A DNA stretch of 64,000 bases. It comes from Squalus acanthias. Taxonomy: Eukaryota. A program made the translations under genes and the position numbers. Each line of letters begins with the position of its first letter. Position 1 is the first letter of the stretch. This document shows, piece by piece, positions 26,906 through 40,722 of this stretch. The notes beneath the pieces were generated by a model that searched no databases, was not told the origin of the DNA, and worked only from the letters and a program-made list of their open reading frames with translations. Location of the stretch: assembly GCA_030390025.1 (NCBI GenBank), contig CM059431.1:116190001-116254000 (forward strand). Direction: 5' to 3'.

Positions 26906-27311
26906 TTTCTAAATGATGATTAATACTGTCCCTCAGAATTTTTTCCAGTAATTTGCCCACCGTATTTCACACTCCTCCTTAACTACAATGTCTGCATCAC
27001 CCCTCTTTTTTGTGAAGACAAATGCAAAGTATTCATTAAGAACCATACCCACATCTTCTGCCTCAAAATACAGATTACCTTTTTGGTCTTGAATAGGCCC
27101 TACTCTTTCCTTAGTTATCTCTTGCTCTTAATATATTTATAAAACATCTTTGGATTTTCCTTGATTTTACTTGCCAATATTTTTTCAAGCCCTCTCTTTA
27201 TTTCCGAATTTCCTTTTCAATTTCATCCCTGCACTTTCTATACTCCTCGAGGCTTTCTGCAATATTTAGCTCTCGGTATCTGACACAAGCTTCCCTTTTT
27301 TGCCTTATCCT

Positions 27312-29769
27312 TTTTTACATAGGATTACATAGGATATACAGCACAGAAACAGGCCATTCAGACCAACCAGTCCATGCCGGCGTTTATGCTCCACTTGAGC
27401 CTTCTTCCATCTTTCCTCAGCTAACCCAATCAGCATAACCCTCTATTCCCTTCTCCCTCATATGCTTATCTAACCGCCCCTTAAATGCTTCTATACTATT
27501 CACTTCAACCACTCTCTGCAGTAGTGAGTTCCACATTCTCACCATTCTCTGGGTAAAGAAGTTTCTTCTGAATTCCCTATTTCATTTCTTGGTGACTATC
27601 TTATATTGATGGCCTCTAGTTTTGCTCTTCCCCATAAGGGGAAACATTCTCTCTGTATCTACTCTATCAAAACCTCTCATGATTTTAAAGACAACTATTA
27701 AGTCACCCCTCAGCTTCTCTTTTTAAGAGAAAAGAGACCCAGCCTGTTCATCCTTTCCTGATAGGTATACCCTCGCATTTCTGGTATCATCCTTGTAAAT
27801 CTTCTCTGCACCCTCTCCAGTGCCTCTATATCCTTTTTATAATATGGCAACCAGAACTGTACGCGGTACTCCAAGTGTGGTCTAACCAACGTTCGATACA
27901 AGTTTAGCATAACTACTTTTCAATTCTATCTCTCTAGAAATAAACCCTAGTGCTTGGTTTGCTTTTTTTATGGCCTTGTTAACCTTATTTTTTAATTCGT
28001 TTTTTATGGGATGTGGGCGTCGCAGGCAAGGGCAGCATTTATTGCCCATCCCTAATTGCCCTTGAGAAGGTGGTGGTGAGCCGCCTTCTTGAACCACTGC
28101 AGTCCCTGTGGTGAAGGTTCTCCCACAGTGCTGTTACGTAAGGAGTTCCAGGATTTTGACCCAGCAACGATGAAGGATTGGCGATATACTTCTAAGTCAG
28201 GATGGTGTGCGACTTGGAGGGGAACTTGGAGGTGTTCCCATGCGCCTGCTGCCCTGGTCCTTCTAGGTGGAAGAGGTCGCGGGTTTGGGAGGTGCTGCCG
28301 AAGAAGCCTTGGCGAGTTGCAGTAGTGCATCTTGTAGATGGTACACACTGCAGCCACGGTACACCCGTGGTGGAGGGAGTGAATGTTTAAGGAGGTAGCT
28401 GGGGTGCCAATCAAGCAGGCTGCTTTGTCCTAGATGGTGTCAAGCTTCTTGAGTGTTGTTGGAGCTGCACTCATCTAGGCAAGTGGAGAGTATTCCATCA
28501 CACTCCTTACCTATGCCTTGTAGATGGTAGAAAGGCTTTGGGGAGTCAGGAGGTGAGACACTCACCGCAGAATACCTAGCCTCTGACCTGCTCTTGTTAC
28601 CACAGTATTTATGTGGATGGTCCAGTTAAGTTTCTGGTCAATGGTGACCCCCAGGATGTTGATGGTGGGGGATTCGGCGATGGTAATGCCATTGCCTGTC
28701 AAGGGGCGGTGTTTAGACTCTCGCTTGTTGGAGATAGTCATTGCCTGGCACTTTTGTGACGCGAATGTTACCTGTCACTTATCAGCCCAAGCCTAAACGT
28801 CGTTCAGGCTTGTTTCATGCGGGCAGGGATTGCTTCATTATCTGAGGAGTTGTGAACACTGTGCAGTCATCAGCAAACATCCCCATTTCTGACCTTATGT
28901 TGGAGGGAAGGTCATTGATGAAGCAGCTGAAGATGGTTGGGCCTAGGACACTGCCCTGAAGAACTCCTGCAGCGATGTCCTGGGGCTGTGATGATTGACC
29001 CTCAATCACCAGTGTCGCTACATTTAGTGATTTGTGTATTTGTACTCCAAAATCCCTTTGTTCCTCTACCCCATTTAGATTCTTACTTTCCAAGTAATAT
29101 GTGACCTCCTTATTTTTCTTACCAAAATGTAATACCTCACATTTATCTGTGTTGAAGTTCATTTGCCAATTATATGCCCATTCTGCAAGTTTATTAATGT
29201 CTTCTTGTAATTTGTTGCAGTCCTCCTCAGTATTAACTATCCCCCCCAATTTGATGTCGTCCGCAAATTTAGAAATTGTGTTTTTGATTCCAAAGTCTAA
29301 ATCGTTAATATAAATTGTGAACAACAGCGGTCCAGCACTGATCCTTCTGGAACAACACTTCCCACCTTCTGCCACTCTGAATAGTTACCCTTTACCCCTA
29401 CTCTCTGCTTTCTGTCTTGAAGCCAGCTAGCTATCCATTCTGCTACTTGTCCCCTGACTCTGCATTCCCTGACCTTATTCATTAGTCTATTATGTGGTAG
29501 CTTATTGAAGGCCTTTTGAAAATCTAGATAAATTACATTACCCTTGTCTACTCTCTCTGTTACCTCTTCAAAAAATTCAATTAGGTTGGTCAAGCAAGAC
29601 TTTCCCTTTTGAAATCTATGCTGACTATTTATTGTTATATTTTTGCTTTCTAGATATTCTTCCATTTTCTCCTTTCGTAGGGATTCCATTATTTTTCCAA
29701 CCACCGATGTCAAGCTGTCTGGTTTATAGTTCGCTGGACTTGTTCTATCTTCCTTCTTAAATGTAGGTA
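27312..29769 (-). mobile_element. CR1 (RT + 3' UTR) nested in CR1
   Basis: RT ORF pieces; 16-bp TSD TTTTTTGCCTTATCCT at 27296-27311 and 29770-29785. Confidence 0.88.
27987..29010 (-). mobile_element. 3' part of a different CR1-group LINE family, third nesting level
   Basis: AGVLQGSVLGPTIFSCFINDL..FADD; tail GGGCAATTAGGGATGGGCAATAAATG. Confidence 0.8.
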
Positions 29770-32297
29770 TTTTTTGCCTTATCCTACGCTATTTACCCCT
29801 TGACATCCAGGGGACTCTAGATTTGGAAGTCCCACCATTTTTCTATTGGGAACATATTTGCTCTGAATATCTCCTCCTTGAATGCCTCCCACTGTTCTGA
29901 CACTGATTTACCTTCAAGTAGCTGCTTCCAGTCCACTTTTGCTAAATCACATCTCAGCTTAGTAAAATTGGGCTTTCCCCAATTGAGAAGTTTTACTCCT
30001 GGCCTATCTTTGTCCTTTTCCATAACTACACTAATTCTAACTGAATTATGATCAAGACCACCAACATGATTTCCCACTGATACCCCTTCCACCTGCCAGC
30101 TTCATTCCCTAAAATCATGTCCAGAACCCACCCCTCTCTTGTTGGGCTTGCTACGTATTGGCTAAAAAAGTTCTCCTGAATGCATTTGAAGAATTCTGCC
30201 CCCTTTATACTTTTTATACTGATTCTATCCCAGTTAATATTAGGGTAGTTGACATCCCCTACTATTACTGCCCTATTGTTTTTGGACTTCTCAGATATTT
30301 GCCTACATATTTGCTCTTCTATCTCCCTCTGACTATTTGGGGGTCTATAGTACACTCCCAGCAGTGTGATTGCCCCTTTTTTGCTCTTCAGTTCAACACA
30401 TATAACCTCATTTGATGATCCTTCTAGCATATCATCCCTCCTCACAGCTGTAATTGTTCATTAACCAATATTGCGACGCTCCCTTCTTTTCTATCCCCCC
30501 TCTATCTTGTCTGAAAACCCTGTGACCAGGAATGTTGAGCTGCCATTCCCACACTTCTTTCAGCCATGTTTCAATAATAGTATGGTATCATACTTCCACA
30601 TGTCTACCTGTGCTCTCAGCTCATCTGCCTTATTCACTAGACTGTTTGTATTGAAGTATATATCATTAAGCACTGCCAAACCTCTTTGTTGTCTATTTTC
30701 TAGACTTTGTTTCCTTTGCCTTCCAAACTCACTTACTAATTTTCTGCCTTCCATTTCCAGCTTCTCTCCCTTCTGAAACTATGCTCAGGTTCCCATCCCC
30801 CTGCCAAGCTAGTTTAAACCCTCCCCAACAGCAGTTGCAAACCCCGCCATGAGAATATTGGTCCCGGCCCTGTTGAGGTGCAACCCATTCGGCTTGTACA
30901 GGTCCCAACTCCCCCAGATCCAGTCCCAATGCCTCAGGAATCTAAAACCCTCCCTCCTGCACCATCTCTCCAGCCACACATTCATCTGTTCTATCCTCCT
31001 ATTTCTGTACTAACTAGCGCGTGGTACCAGGAGTAATCCGGAGGTTATTACCTGTGAGTCCTGCTTATTAATCTCTTTCCTAGCTCCCTAAAATCTGCCT
31101 GCAGGACCCCATCCCTCTTTCTACCTATGCCATTGGTACCGATATAGACCACGACCTCTGGCTGTTCACCTCCCTGCCTCAGACTGTCCTGTAGCCGCTC
31201 AGTGACATCCTTGACCCTGGCACCAGGGAGGCAACATACCATCCTGGAGTCACGTCTGCGGCAGCAGAAACGCCTGTCTCTTCCCCTAACTATTGAATCC
31301 CCGACCACTATAGCTTTCTGGACATTCCTCCCCACCACCCCCCCCATCCCCCACCCTGTACAGCTGACCCACCCATGGTGCTGTGGCCTTAGCTCTGGCT
31401 GTACTCCCCAGAGGAGCCATCGCCCTCACCAGTGTTCAGAACTCAATACTTGTTAGAGAGTGAGATGCACTCAGGAGACTCCTGCACTACCTGCCTTGTC
31501 TGTCTGGCGGTCACCTATTGCCTCTCTGCCTGCAAACTCTTAAGCTGCGGGGTGACCAGCTCCTGAAACGTGCTATCCACGTAGCTCTCAGCCTCGCGGA
31601 TGCTCTGTAGTGATGCCAGCCGCTGCTCAAGCTCTGAAACTCGGAGCTCGAGCTCCTCCAGCTGATGACACTCCCTGCACATGTGGTTGGTAGAACACGA
31701 GATGCATCCTGAATTTCCCACATGGCACAGGATGTGCATTCGACACACTTCTCACCCGTTGTACCCCCCGCCCCCACTTAAGTCAATACCTGACCTGCTG
31801 CTTCGTCGTGTGCAGGGGGAGCAGTATTTGGCGAGGCCCTCAGGGGCTCCAAAACTTAGAGGGCATCGGCCAAAAGCATCTCAACAACCAGGGCAGCGAT
31901 CTGAGCAGCCTGCCTCTACCTCTGCTGAAGCCGCATGGGATGCAACACGTAGAAGCAGTAGGAAGCGTAAATTGAAGAAATTATAATTCACCAAGATGTA
32001 TGCACATGGGTGTTTGACAAAATGTTATGTTGTTCAGTTTCCTTTTTTTATAATGACACATAAAATGTATTGATTAGCACCACATCCACGCCTTTCCATT
32101 ACTGCTTCCCGAGTGTCAACTCACCCTTTCACTTGTTTCATGATGAATATCGTTACGTGATAGGACCCATTCGGCGGATGCGCAATGCGTGGATAAGTGG
32201 TTGAAGGACTTTTTGGTGGCAAGCCGGGGTGGGGGTGGGGGTGGGTGGAGTTGGGGGCTAGTGCTGGTGGTGGGAGCGGATCACAGGATTTCATTTG

Positions 32298-33480
32298 TTA
32301 TGTTTCACAATAGGTGAACCTTCGCGATATTAGAGTATCTCTGGCATCGCGGACAGCAGTGTCAGTGGCTGGTCTGGCAATGGGTGTCCCATCTTCTTCC
32401 TCCTCCTCCTCTTCCTGCTCTTCCTCCATTTTCTCCTCATCTGAAGATGAGTGATGAGCCTCTTCATCCTCCTCTGCCTGCAATCCTCCCTCCTGCTCAA
32501 TGTTGTGCAGGACACAGAACACCACTATGATTCTGGGCACCCTCGCTGGCGAGCACCGAAAAGTGCCTCCAGACCTAGCTAGGCACCTGAAGCGCATCTT
32601 CAACATTCCGATGGCTTGTTCGATGACAAACCTGGTGGTCATGTGGCTCTTGTTGCAGTGCTCCTGCACCTCATTGGTGGGGTTCCTCACAGGTTTCATG
32701 ACGAAAGTTTGAAGTTGGTATCGCTTGTCTCCTACGAGCCAGCCTTTAAGTCTGCTTCCTGGAACAAAAATGTCTGGAATATTGGGCTGCCGCAATATGA
32801 AGGCATCATGACAGCTCCCAGGGAATCTGGCACAGACCTTCTTGTGGTTGCACACCAGCTACGCATTGATGGACGAATATCACTTGCAGTTTATAAAAAC
32901 TCCTGATTGCTGTGGTGGTGCTCGGATTGCCGCGTGTGTACAGTTGATGGCACCCTGTACCTTTGGAAATCAAGCCAGAGAGGTGAATCCAAGTGCCCAC
33001 TCATTCTGGCTATTGTCGTCACAGGGGAAATTTACATAAATGTCGGCGCTGGCAAACAACCCACCATTATGCATTTATGTACAGCCAACTGGGAGATCCT
33101 GGATATATCGGCGGTAGCACTCTGGAAGGATCTGGAGGCAAATGATTTGAGGGCGGGAGTCACTTTCACAGTCACTGGTAATGAGTGGCCACCTGGTCCA
33201 GCAGAGAGCATGTCTTCTTCTAGGAGGCTGTAGATGTCTGCCGCCACTTGACATGACAATCTCAGCCCGCGGAATCACTGCTCTTCTGAGAGATCAAGGA
33301 AGCTGAGCCTCTGTCTGTAAATCCTGTGACGTGTGTAGTGCCTCCTGCGACCTCGGCCCCTCTACTATCCACCTCCCTCCTGAGCACGTGCTGATCCCAC
33401 CCCAGCACTTCATCGCTGCTATGCATGGTGATGCTCTTCCTCCTCTGATGTGCTATCAAACACATCCAACGTGACTTCCA
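32298..33480 (-). pseudogene. Harbinger DDE transposase (HARBI1-like), frameshifted
   Basis: LPVTVKVT, ARFPGSCHDAFILRQ, WLVGDKRY, RFVIEQAIGMLKMRFRCL, CVLHN, acidic tract. Confidence 0.88.
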
Positions 33481-35305
33481 TCCTGATCTTGTCAGTTTGA
33501 ACTCCTCAAAGGTTGGAAAAAGCACTCTCTGCCAAACGTTTGCCAGAGCGAACTGAGACCCCTGCTGCAGTAAGTGAGCTTTTATTCAGATGAGACAATG
33601 AGAAGTTTAAATACCCACCTGAACTTCTGCTCAATCGCGCCTCCGTTTCCTCGTCAGTGGAAAACCCGTCCTGCTCAAGTTAAATTATAGCCAAGTTAAA
33701 AACAATTTAAAAAGAGCTCATTAAAGTCTCCGAAGGACATTAATTGCACCAATAAGTACCTACTTATGTCTAATTATTAAATCCCCTGTTTCAGCAAATA
33801 GGTTTCTTGCTAGCATCCAAATGCGCCTCTGTTACACCCGGAGCCAGGTTGCTCCCAATCTCAAAATCTCACATTTGAACCCCCCACCCGCTCCCAACCC
33901 ACCTGTTTTTGGGGTTTAAATTCCCCCCTATAGGTCTATCATTTTGACACCTGCAGTGGGAAAATAAAAGGGTCAATTTTGCAGTAAGCCACTCGAGCAT
34001 GTATAATGAAACGTAAAGATAGTTATTTATATCAATTAATGAAAGGAAGGTCATGACTAGCTACCTTATTGGAATTCTTGGAGGATGTAACAGAACGTCT
34101 GTCAGATGTTATGGATCTTGATTTTCAGAATGCATTTGATAAGATCCCTCACTCGGGACTCATACCTAAGGTGAAAGCTATTGGAATAAAGGACAATGTA
34201 ATGAATTGGATAATAAATTGGTACTAACTAATAAGAAACAAAGGATAAGTGGTAAGTTTCTTAAATGGATGACTGAGCTGTGATGTACCCCTTGGAACCT
34301 CTGTTTTTTAAAGTGTTCAGATATCTAAGAACTAATAGATTGCCTGGGATTTTGCTCATGGATCGGGAGTGTGCTTTTGATGTTCACCTCAGTCCCACTG
34401 CAGCCTAAACATGACAGCAGTTTGCCCATCACTGTAGCAAATTTCCTGACTGACATGAGATGAAAAATATTACACAGCTTACTTCAGTGAAAGACACCGG
34501 GCCTCTCGGAAATAATACTGTAAAAGTATTTACCGACCATTTCACAAAACTTGCTTAAGATTCGAGTGACATGTTTGTTCTCCCGCCCCAAAAACTCTTA
34601 TTCTATGTTTTTTGCATTGTAGGGTTAATTTTACAAGTCCACATTCCTGGCAGGAAACCACACCCACTGGCAGCATGTTTCAGAAATTCGAATGGGTCCT
34701 GGTTATAAAACTGTGGGCTTCACATTCCTGGATTTCCAATATGAGCTCCTGAAGGGATGTGCTTTCCATTAGCATAGACTTGTAAAATCTCCCTTTGTGA
34801 AGTTGCAGCATTTGGTTGAGACGGGGGTATTTTAGTTGTACGGGAGCAGGATGAAAGAAACCATTCCAACAATGCATCTCTCTCACACAAGCAAAGGGGA
34901 CAATTTTGACCCTACCTGCCCAGTGGAAACCAGGCGGGTGGTCAGTTAAAATAGCCCAGGTCACTTCCCCACCCTGGAGCCGCCAAGAGATGGCCTGCCA
35001 TGATTTTAACCTGCTCAACTGAGCAGGTGGCACAGACACCCGCCCAAAGCCAACTGGGTCCTTTTTAACGTGTGCATGTCGGATCCTGATGATGTCATCA
35101 GGACCCAACTGCAATTTTTACCAGGCGTCAGTGAGTTTCCCGCCAGGCCAACCCAGCAAGGAAACAGATAGGGGCCAGAAGAGACCCGAAAAGGTATGTT
35201 TTTAAACAATTTTAAAACTTTTTTGTGGGACCAGGAGGAGCAAGTGTGTTGTATGAGTTGTATGAGTGGTAAAGGATGTGCATTGGCAACAGTACCTGCA
35301 CTTAC

Positions 35306-35520
35306 CTTAGTTACCTTTGTGAGGTCATTGAACCTCTTCCAGCACTGTGTGACAGTTCTAGGTATGGTGGTGCTGCCTCTGGCAGCTCTCTCCATGTAGC
35401 CTGAACCACCTTCTTCTGAGGTTTACCACCCTTAGTGCCCAACAGTTTTAATCTTCTGGTCTTCACTTCTGTCAAAAGAGCCTAGACAGATGTGTCTGAA
35501 AATCTAGAAGTTCGCCTAGC
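35306..35520 (-). pseudogene. Myb/SANT exon-1 remnant of a Harbinger derivative
   Basis: PRTVTQCWKRFNDLTKVTK|GTAAGT. Confidence 0.7.
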
Positions 35521-35559
35521 TATTGACAACTGTGAGGCTCCTGCATTGTCAGACATTTT

Positions 35560-38500
35560 GGGCTCGATTTTCCCAGCACCGAGGAGGCGGGTTTGGAGGC
35601 GTGCGAGTTGTTAAAATCGCCAAAACTGGCGGGCAGGCCCGTTCCTGCCTCCATCCCGCCTCCGAGCAATTTTCTCAAGTGCGTGTTTTCTGTACCGCTT
35701 TCCATCCCACCTCCAAGAGGCGGGATAGGCCCTTAAGGCCCTTAACAACCACTTAATTGCCTCTATAATCCCATCTTGGGAGGCCTTTCCGATTTTAACA
35801 CATATCCCCCATCCTACACGCCTCCTCTGGAACACGCCAGGTAATCCTGGCGGCCTCACAAGTGGATTGCTTACTCACAGCTGCAGCTCCACCATTACAA
35901 AGGAGTTTTAACCGATGATCATTTGCAGGTGGCAGAACTTTGTTGTTTCAGGTCTGGGGGAACTTTTAGCAGGCATACTCAGTGTTGTGGAAGTTTGGAG
36001 CCTGACACCCATCTCCAGTCTGACCTCCTTGGAAAGCCCTCTCCACACCTTGACTAAGCACTTCCTCAACTGAGGCATATACCAGAAGCATGGCGACCAT
36101 TTAATTCCTTTCCTCCTGGACATCAGATTCGGATGAAGACCAGCGGCGGCAGCAGCAGAACCATGAGCAACAGCAGCACCAACAGCAGGAGCATCAACAG
36201 GAGCGCCAAGCTGCTAGTCACCCACCTGAAGATGCACAAGCCAGAAGGCGCCAGAGCGCGACCATATTGCTGCCCGGGATGCAAGGGACGCACTCATGTT
36301 GGTCACATTTGCTTAGCCTGCACAATCAAACAGTTTAGCCTCGCACCTTCTTACCAGAGCGTGGACAATGGACAAGAACCTACGGATTCCTCTCAATCTG
36401 ACCACCATACTGACAATTGCAAGTCGTCCTAAGCCCTCAATGTGGAAGTCCCATTAGCGAAATGACACACGCCACAACTGCAACAGTTTGCCATCAGAAT
36501 GTTTTATGACAATAAGCAACTGATGATTTCTCAAAATTAAACACAACATTACACCCAAGTGACAACCCTTGTGACTACTTGTGCATTATCTTCCTCTTAC
36601 GCGTGCTCCTACGTGGTGCGTCCCCTGTGGCTTCAGCAGATGTGGAGGCCCCTTGCTCACTTTCTTGCTGCTCCTGTCTCGACACCTTTGGCGGGCGTCC
36701 TCTGGGGTTGCGAACCTGTGAGGGCTCGGCAACAGTCTGCTGCTCCTGCGGCCATGCAGGGGTCGAGACGCCCATCTCAGTTGGGTGGGGACTCTGGCGG
36801 GGCTCTGACTGAGGGCTCTGCAGTGGCATGGTCGTGTGAGCGCTTGGAGAGGAGCCCCCACTTCTTGTTGTCTGCCACCAACATCCCTCTCATGGGTCAG
36901 CCCCACTTCAGAGCTAGCAAGTGGCTGGACAGCACCTTGCTGCACTTCAGGGGGGCCATGAGGACCCGTTTCTGCACTGGAAGTCCTACTCCAGAGGACT
37001 TCCATGAAGGTCTGGTTTGTTTGCTCAGTAGCTGACCATCGCTCCTCAAGAGATGTCAGTCTATTCTGAACAATGACCATGTTTTCCATACCCTGGCGAC
37101 TAAGCTCCTCCATGGACGTAGCCATCCTCTCCTCTACCATAGCCATCCTCTCCTCTACGGTAGCCAGCCTTACCATGGAGCTAGCCATCCTTTCCGCGGT
37201 GATGCGTTCATGCGCCAATGCCTCCACAAATGCTCTGCTCATGTTCGTGATGGACTCCTCCATTCGCTCCACACTCGCAGCGACCCTGGAGACAAAACCT
37301 GCCATTGACTCCTGCACCTGTTCCTGGAGTTCAAGAACCGCTCTCCTTCTGGATGGACCCGGAGGCACAGGGTCGACATGCAGCTGAGCCGAGCTTGCAG
37401 AGTCCTGCGCCCTCCGACAAGGACTCTCCACTGCTGTCCCTGTCTCCACCATCTGCTGATGCTCACTTGTGAGCTGTGATACACCAGGTGACAACACTAC
37501 TCTATCTCGCGAAGGTCCCACCGAGGTGTGAGTGTCTGCGCTGGTGCTGGGTGCTCTGAATTCTGCTGACGCTGCGATCTCAGATGTTGCAGCTTCCTCT
37601 GAGGAGTCTGGAAGCTCAGGTTCTTTCTCCTGGACAGTGGGGACGTTGCTTTCGATGGTCCTGTGGGGGAGTAAAGGAAAGAGTTCGAGATGTGAGGTCA
37701 AGGTTACATGAACATGGAAAAGTGCAGATGATCATTAATCAATCTGTTAGAGCATCAGATTCATTATCAGTGACTCATGCAATGTCAATGAGAGAGATGC
37801 CAAACTATTCTGTCACCAACTTGCTGCGATGCGCCCATCTGTCCGTCCCCCACTTGGGAATCCTCCTCGATTTCGGAGATCTCCAGGGCCGCCTCCTCCC
37901 AGGGAATGAGCTGGGCTACTGAGTGTGGCCCTCCTCCAGTCATGGCTCCTTCCCTCTTATTGTGGGCTCTCTTTTCCTGCAATGAGGGACACAAGTGGAG
38001 TTTGAGTGAGAATGAAGGAGTGAGTATAGTAATCCATAGCATAGATGCTTAGAATGATACAAAGGACCCTCCCTGTGTGCTGAAAGTTGTTGTTGTCATG
38101 GCATCACAGTGATAGGGTGTGTGAGGGCTGCATGGTCGAATAGTTAAGTGAATGTGACCTTAGAGAGAGAGGGAATAGGTAAGGGTGCAGGCTTGTAAGT
38201 ATTAAGTGGAATGTGGAGGAAGAGGTTGGCAAAGCAGAGTGCTGATGAGGAGAGGCGATGGGGATCAGATTGAGGGTGATGGGAAACTCATACTTACTTT
38301 TCCTGTTCGGAGAAGATCATGAAACCTCTTCCTGCATTGCAGCCAGGTTCTGCGGCTCAGCGAGATGGAGCTGACCTCCTGGGCCACTTGCAGCCACACA
38401 GCTTTTGTCTGCTGGGGTGGCTTTTTTCTCCCTGAGGAAGGGAACAGCACCTCCTTCCTGGATCTCGCTTCCTCCACCAGAGCTTGGAGGGAGGGCTCAT

Positions 38501-38817
38501 TGAAGCGTGGAGCACACTTTGGCCTACTGCTGGACATAGTTGATGAAGAAGGCGAAGACAGCAATGGCCATAAAGGTCGCAGTTTCCAAAAGAAGCAAGG
38601 CTGCTTGCAGGCCTTAAATCCAACAGCATTGATGACGTCATCGGAGGCGACTTTCTGTCTGAAAAGACTCATTGGGCCAGGGGTTCCCACACGCAGGAAA
38701 TCAATTGCCTAATTAGGGGAAAATCCCACTTTTTCAGCACTTCCATTAGGAGTCGGGGTCCTGGCACGATTTCCACCTGACACACTCCAGCCCGCCCACA
38801 CTGACAAAATTCAGCCC
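35560..38817. mobile_element. Non-autonomous Harbinger retaining its Myb/SANT gene; transposase mostly deleted
   Basis: TIRs GGGCTCGATTTT / AAAATTCAGCCC; ends homologous to MITEs 2839 and 41955; no matching TSD. Confidence 0.8.
36575..38537 (-). pseudogene. Myb/SANT-like gene; exons 38537-38298, 37976-37817, 37660-36575
   Basis: APRFNEPSLQALVEE..WLQVAQEV..RTWLQCRKRFHDL; GT-AG sites; coiled coil and basic tail; probable frameshifts in exon 3. Confidence 0.85.
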
Positions 38818-40722
38818 AATGTTTTCTGCTGTTCTGTAGATACACCTGTACTCCTTTAAGAACATAAGAAATATGAGCAGGAATAGGCTATATGGCCCAT
38901 CAAGCCTGCTCCGCCATTCAATAAGATCATGGCTGAACTTTTACATCAACTCCACTTTCCCGCTTAAAATGGCTGCAGTGTTTTAAATCCTGAATCTCTA
39001 AACTTCCCTCCCTTCCACCCAGCAGTCGTAAACCTATTACTCCAAACCCACCCCACATATATAATGAGGGCCTTGGTAGAAAATTGCAGTGAGTTAGCAA
39101 CAGAGTCAGATGGGTATATTTTTTTACAGAATGTATATTTTTTTACAGAATCTGAGGTTTTTCTGCAGATGGCTACCTCTTCTGTACGTCTTACCCTGAA
39201 AGATGCTAAGATTAGTGTTCACGTTGCTAACCAATTATCTGCTGAAATGGAGGTTCCCCCAAGTCCAGATGATGAGGACTCCATTCAAGGAATATTGGCT
39301 GAAGTCAGCACACCTACACCACCAAGAAGGAAAAGCAGAAAGTGCTAGGAGACAAAGAAACTCAACTCCAACACCAAGTAAGGGAATCAAGGGATATGGG
39401 GATCAGGTGGGCAAGCGGAGATGAGGTAGATGATCAGCCGTGATCTTATTGAATGACGGAGCAGGCTCGAGGGGCCGTATGGCCTACTCCTGCTCCTATT
39501 TCTTATGTTCTTATAACTCATCTGAGTCAGATGTGGAATAGATATGGCATAACAAACAGTCCCAGAAGGTGAAGGAACCACTTTATTTGTTGGGGACTTC
39601 ATAGTTAGACTTTCTGACAGGGAACATTTTAGGAAGAAAGAGTTAAATGCCACTGTGCTTTATTTTCCAGGGGCTAGGATAACTGACATACATAGTAGAT
39701 TAGACGGGGCATTAAAAGGAATGCCTAAGGGAGCTTTTATTTGCTATTTATGTGGGAATTAATTACATAATGGAAAGAAGGTCTGTGAACACGAAGCAAA
39801 AAAAAAGTACGTAACTTCAAACAGCATGGTGTTCCGGTCATTGTTTCAGGTTTCTTGCCAATTATGAAGGGTACTGCTGACTGGGACAGCAAAATAGTGG
39901 ATTTCAACAGAACGGGGCAAAGAGGAAGAAGATTCCATTCATTGACAACTGGACGGGTTCGTGGGAAGATCAGGAATGTGCAATAAGGATGAAATTCATC
40001 GGAGCAAGGCAGGTGTAAAGCTTTTCACTGCTACTGTGGAAGAAGCACTCAGGATTTCTATAAACTGATCAGGCCAGCAGACAAAATGCACACCTGACAA
40101 AGTAACAGTGCGAGTTCAAACACGGTGTTATTTTAGACACTGCAAGCAGTAATTCACCTGTCTAGTTGGACAAACTACAAAAGAAAGGAATCGGGGACAA
40201 AATTACGCCAAAGTATCTGGGGATTTTACTAAGTGCGTCAATACAAATGCTAGAATTATTAAGACTAAACTGACAGAAGTATAGATGATGTTATTATTGG
40301 AAACTGCTGTGTTTTCAAGATAGATCTCTATTTCACAAAACTCAATATCCATTGTTTAGGATGGATAGGGTCGATAGGGGTAGAGTGGCCATCCTTTGTT
40401 AGGAAAGGAATAAAAGTAGTACAGTGAGAAGATACTGCAAATGGAGATAATAGTAGAAAAAAATCTGCCTCTAATTAGACTTTGTTAGAAACACTAGAGT
40501 CCTTCCAGTCTGTGTTCTAGAGCATTGATCCGAGAGAGAGAAATGTATCTACTGCTATGTACATCAGCTGACTAAGCTAAACATAGTGTGATGGGAGATT
40601 AAAATTATCCACTTATAAGGTGGACAAATGAGGGACAGGCACAAGAAATAAGAGGCCTCCAAGATGTCATCAATGATTTTTTCCCAATTCATCATATGAG
40701 GACTAGAACTAGAGGGAACAAT

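Larger units (their letters stand above)
21712..31745 (-). mobile_element. Near full-length CR1 LINE (ORF1 Cys/His-coiled coil-SGNH esterase, ORF2 APE+RT), frameshifted, hosting nested insertions
   Basis: VECTSCAMW..HMCRECHQLEELELRV; IVVGDSIVRG..CLPGARVKD; GVYYRPP..IVGDVNYPNINW; RT pieces; CACTT TSD at 21707-21711 and 31746-31750. Confidence 0.88.
20184..31986 (+). pseudogene. Harbinger Myb/SANT-like gene, 3 exons; coding pieces 20184-21711 and 31751-31986
   Basis: APRFNEAS..WLEVAEEVS..RCWMQCKKPFNDL|GTGAGT; C-terminus STSAEA..RRSSRKRK like 36575; frame continuous across the CACTT TSD. Confidence 0.82.
19734..33928. mobile_element. Decayed Harbinger (Myb/SANT +, transposase -) split by a 10-kb LINE nest; left boundary uncertain
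   Basis: Convergent Myb and DDE pseudogenes; right TIR-like TTTAAATTCCCCCC ending at 33928. Confidence 0.7.

Noticed and set aside
28815..29375. 186-aa RT with duplicated FADD motif
   Set aside because: Chimeric read-through across the junction of two nested LINEs
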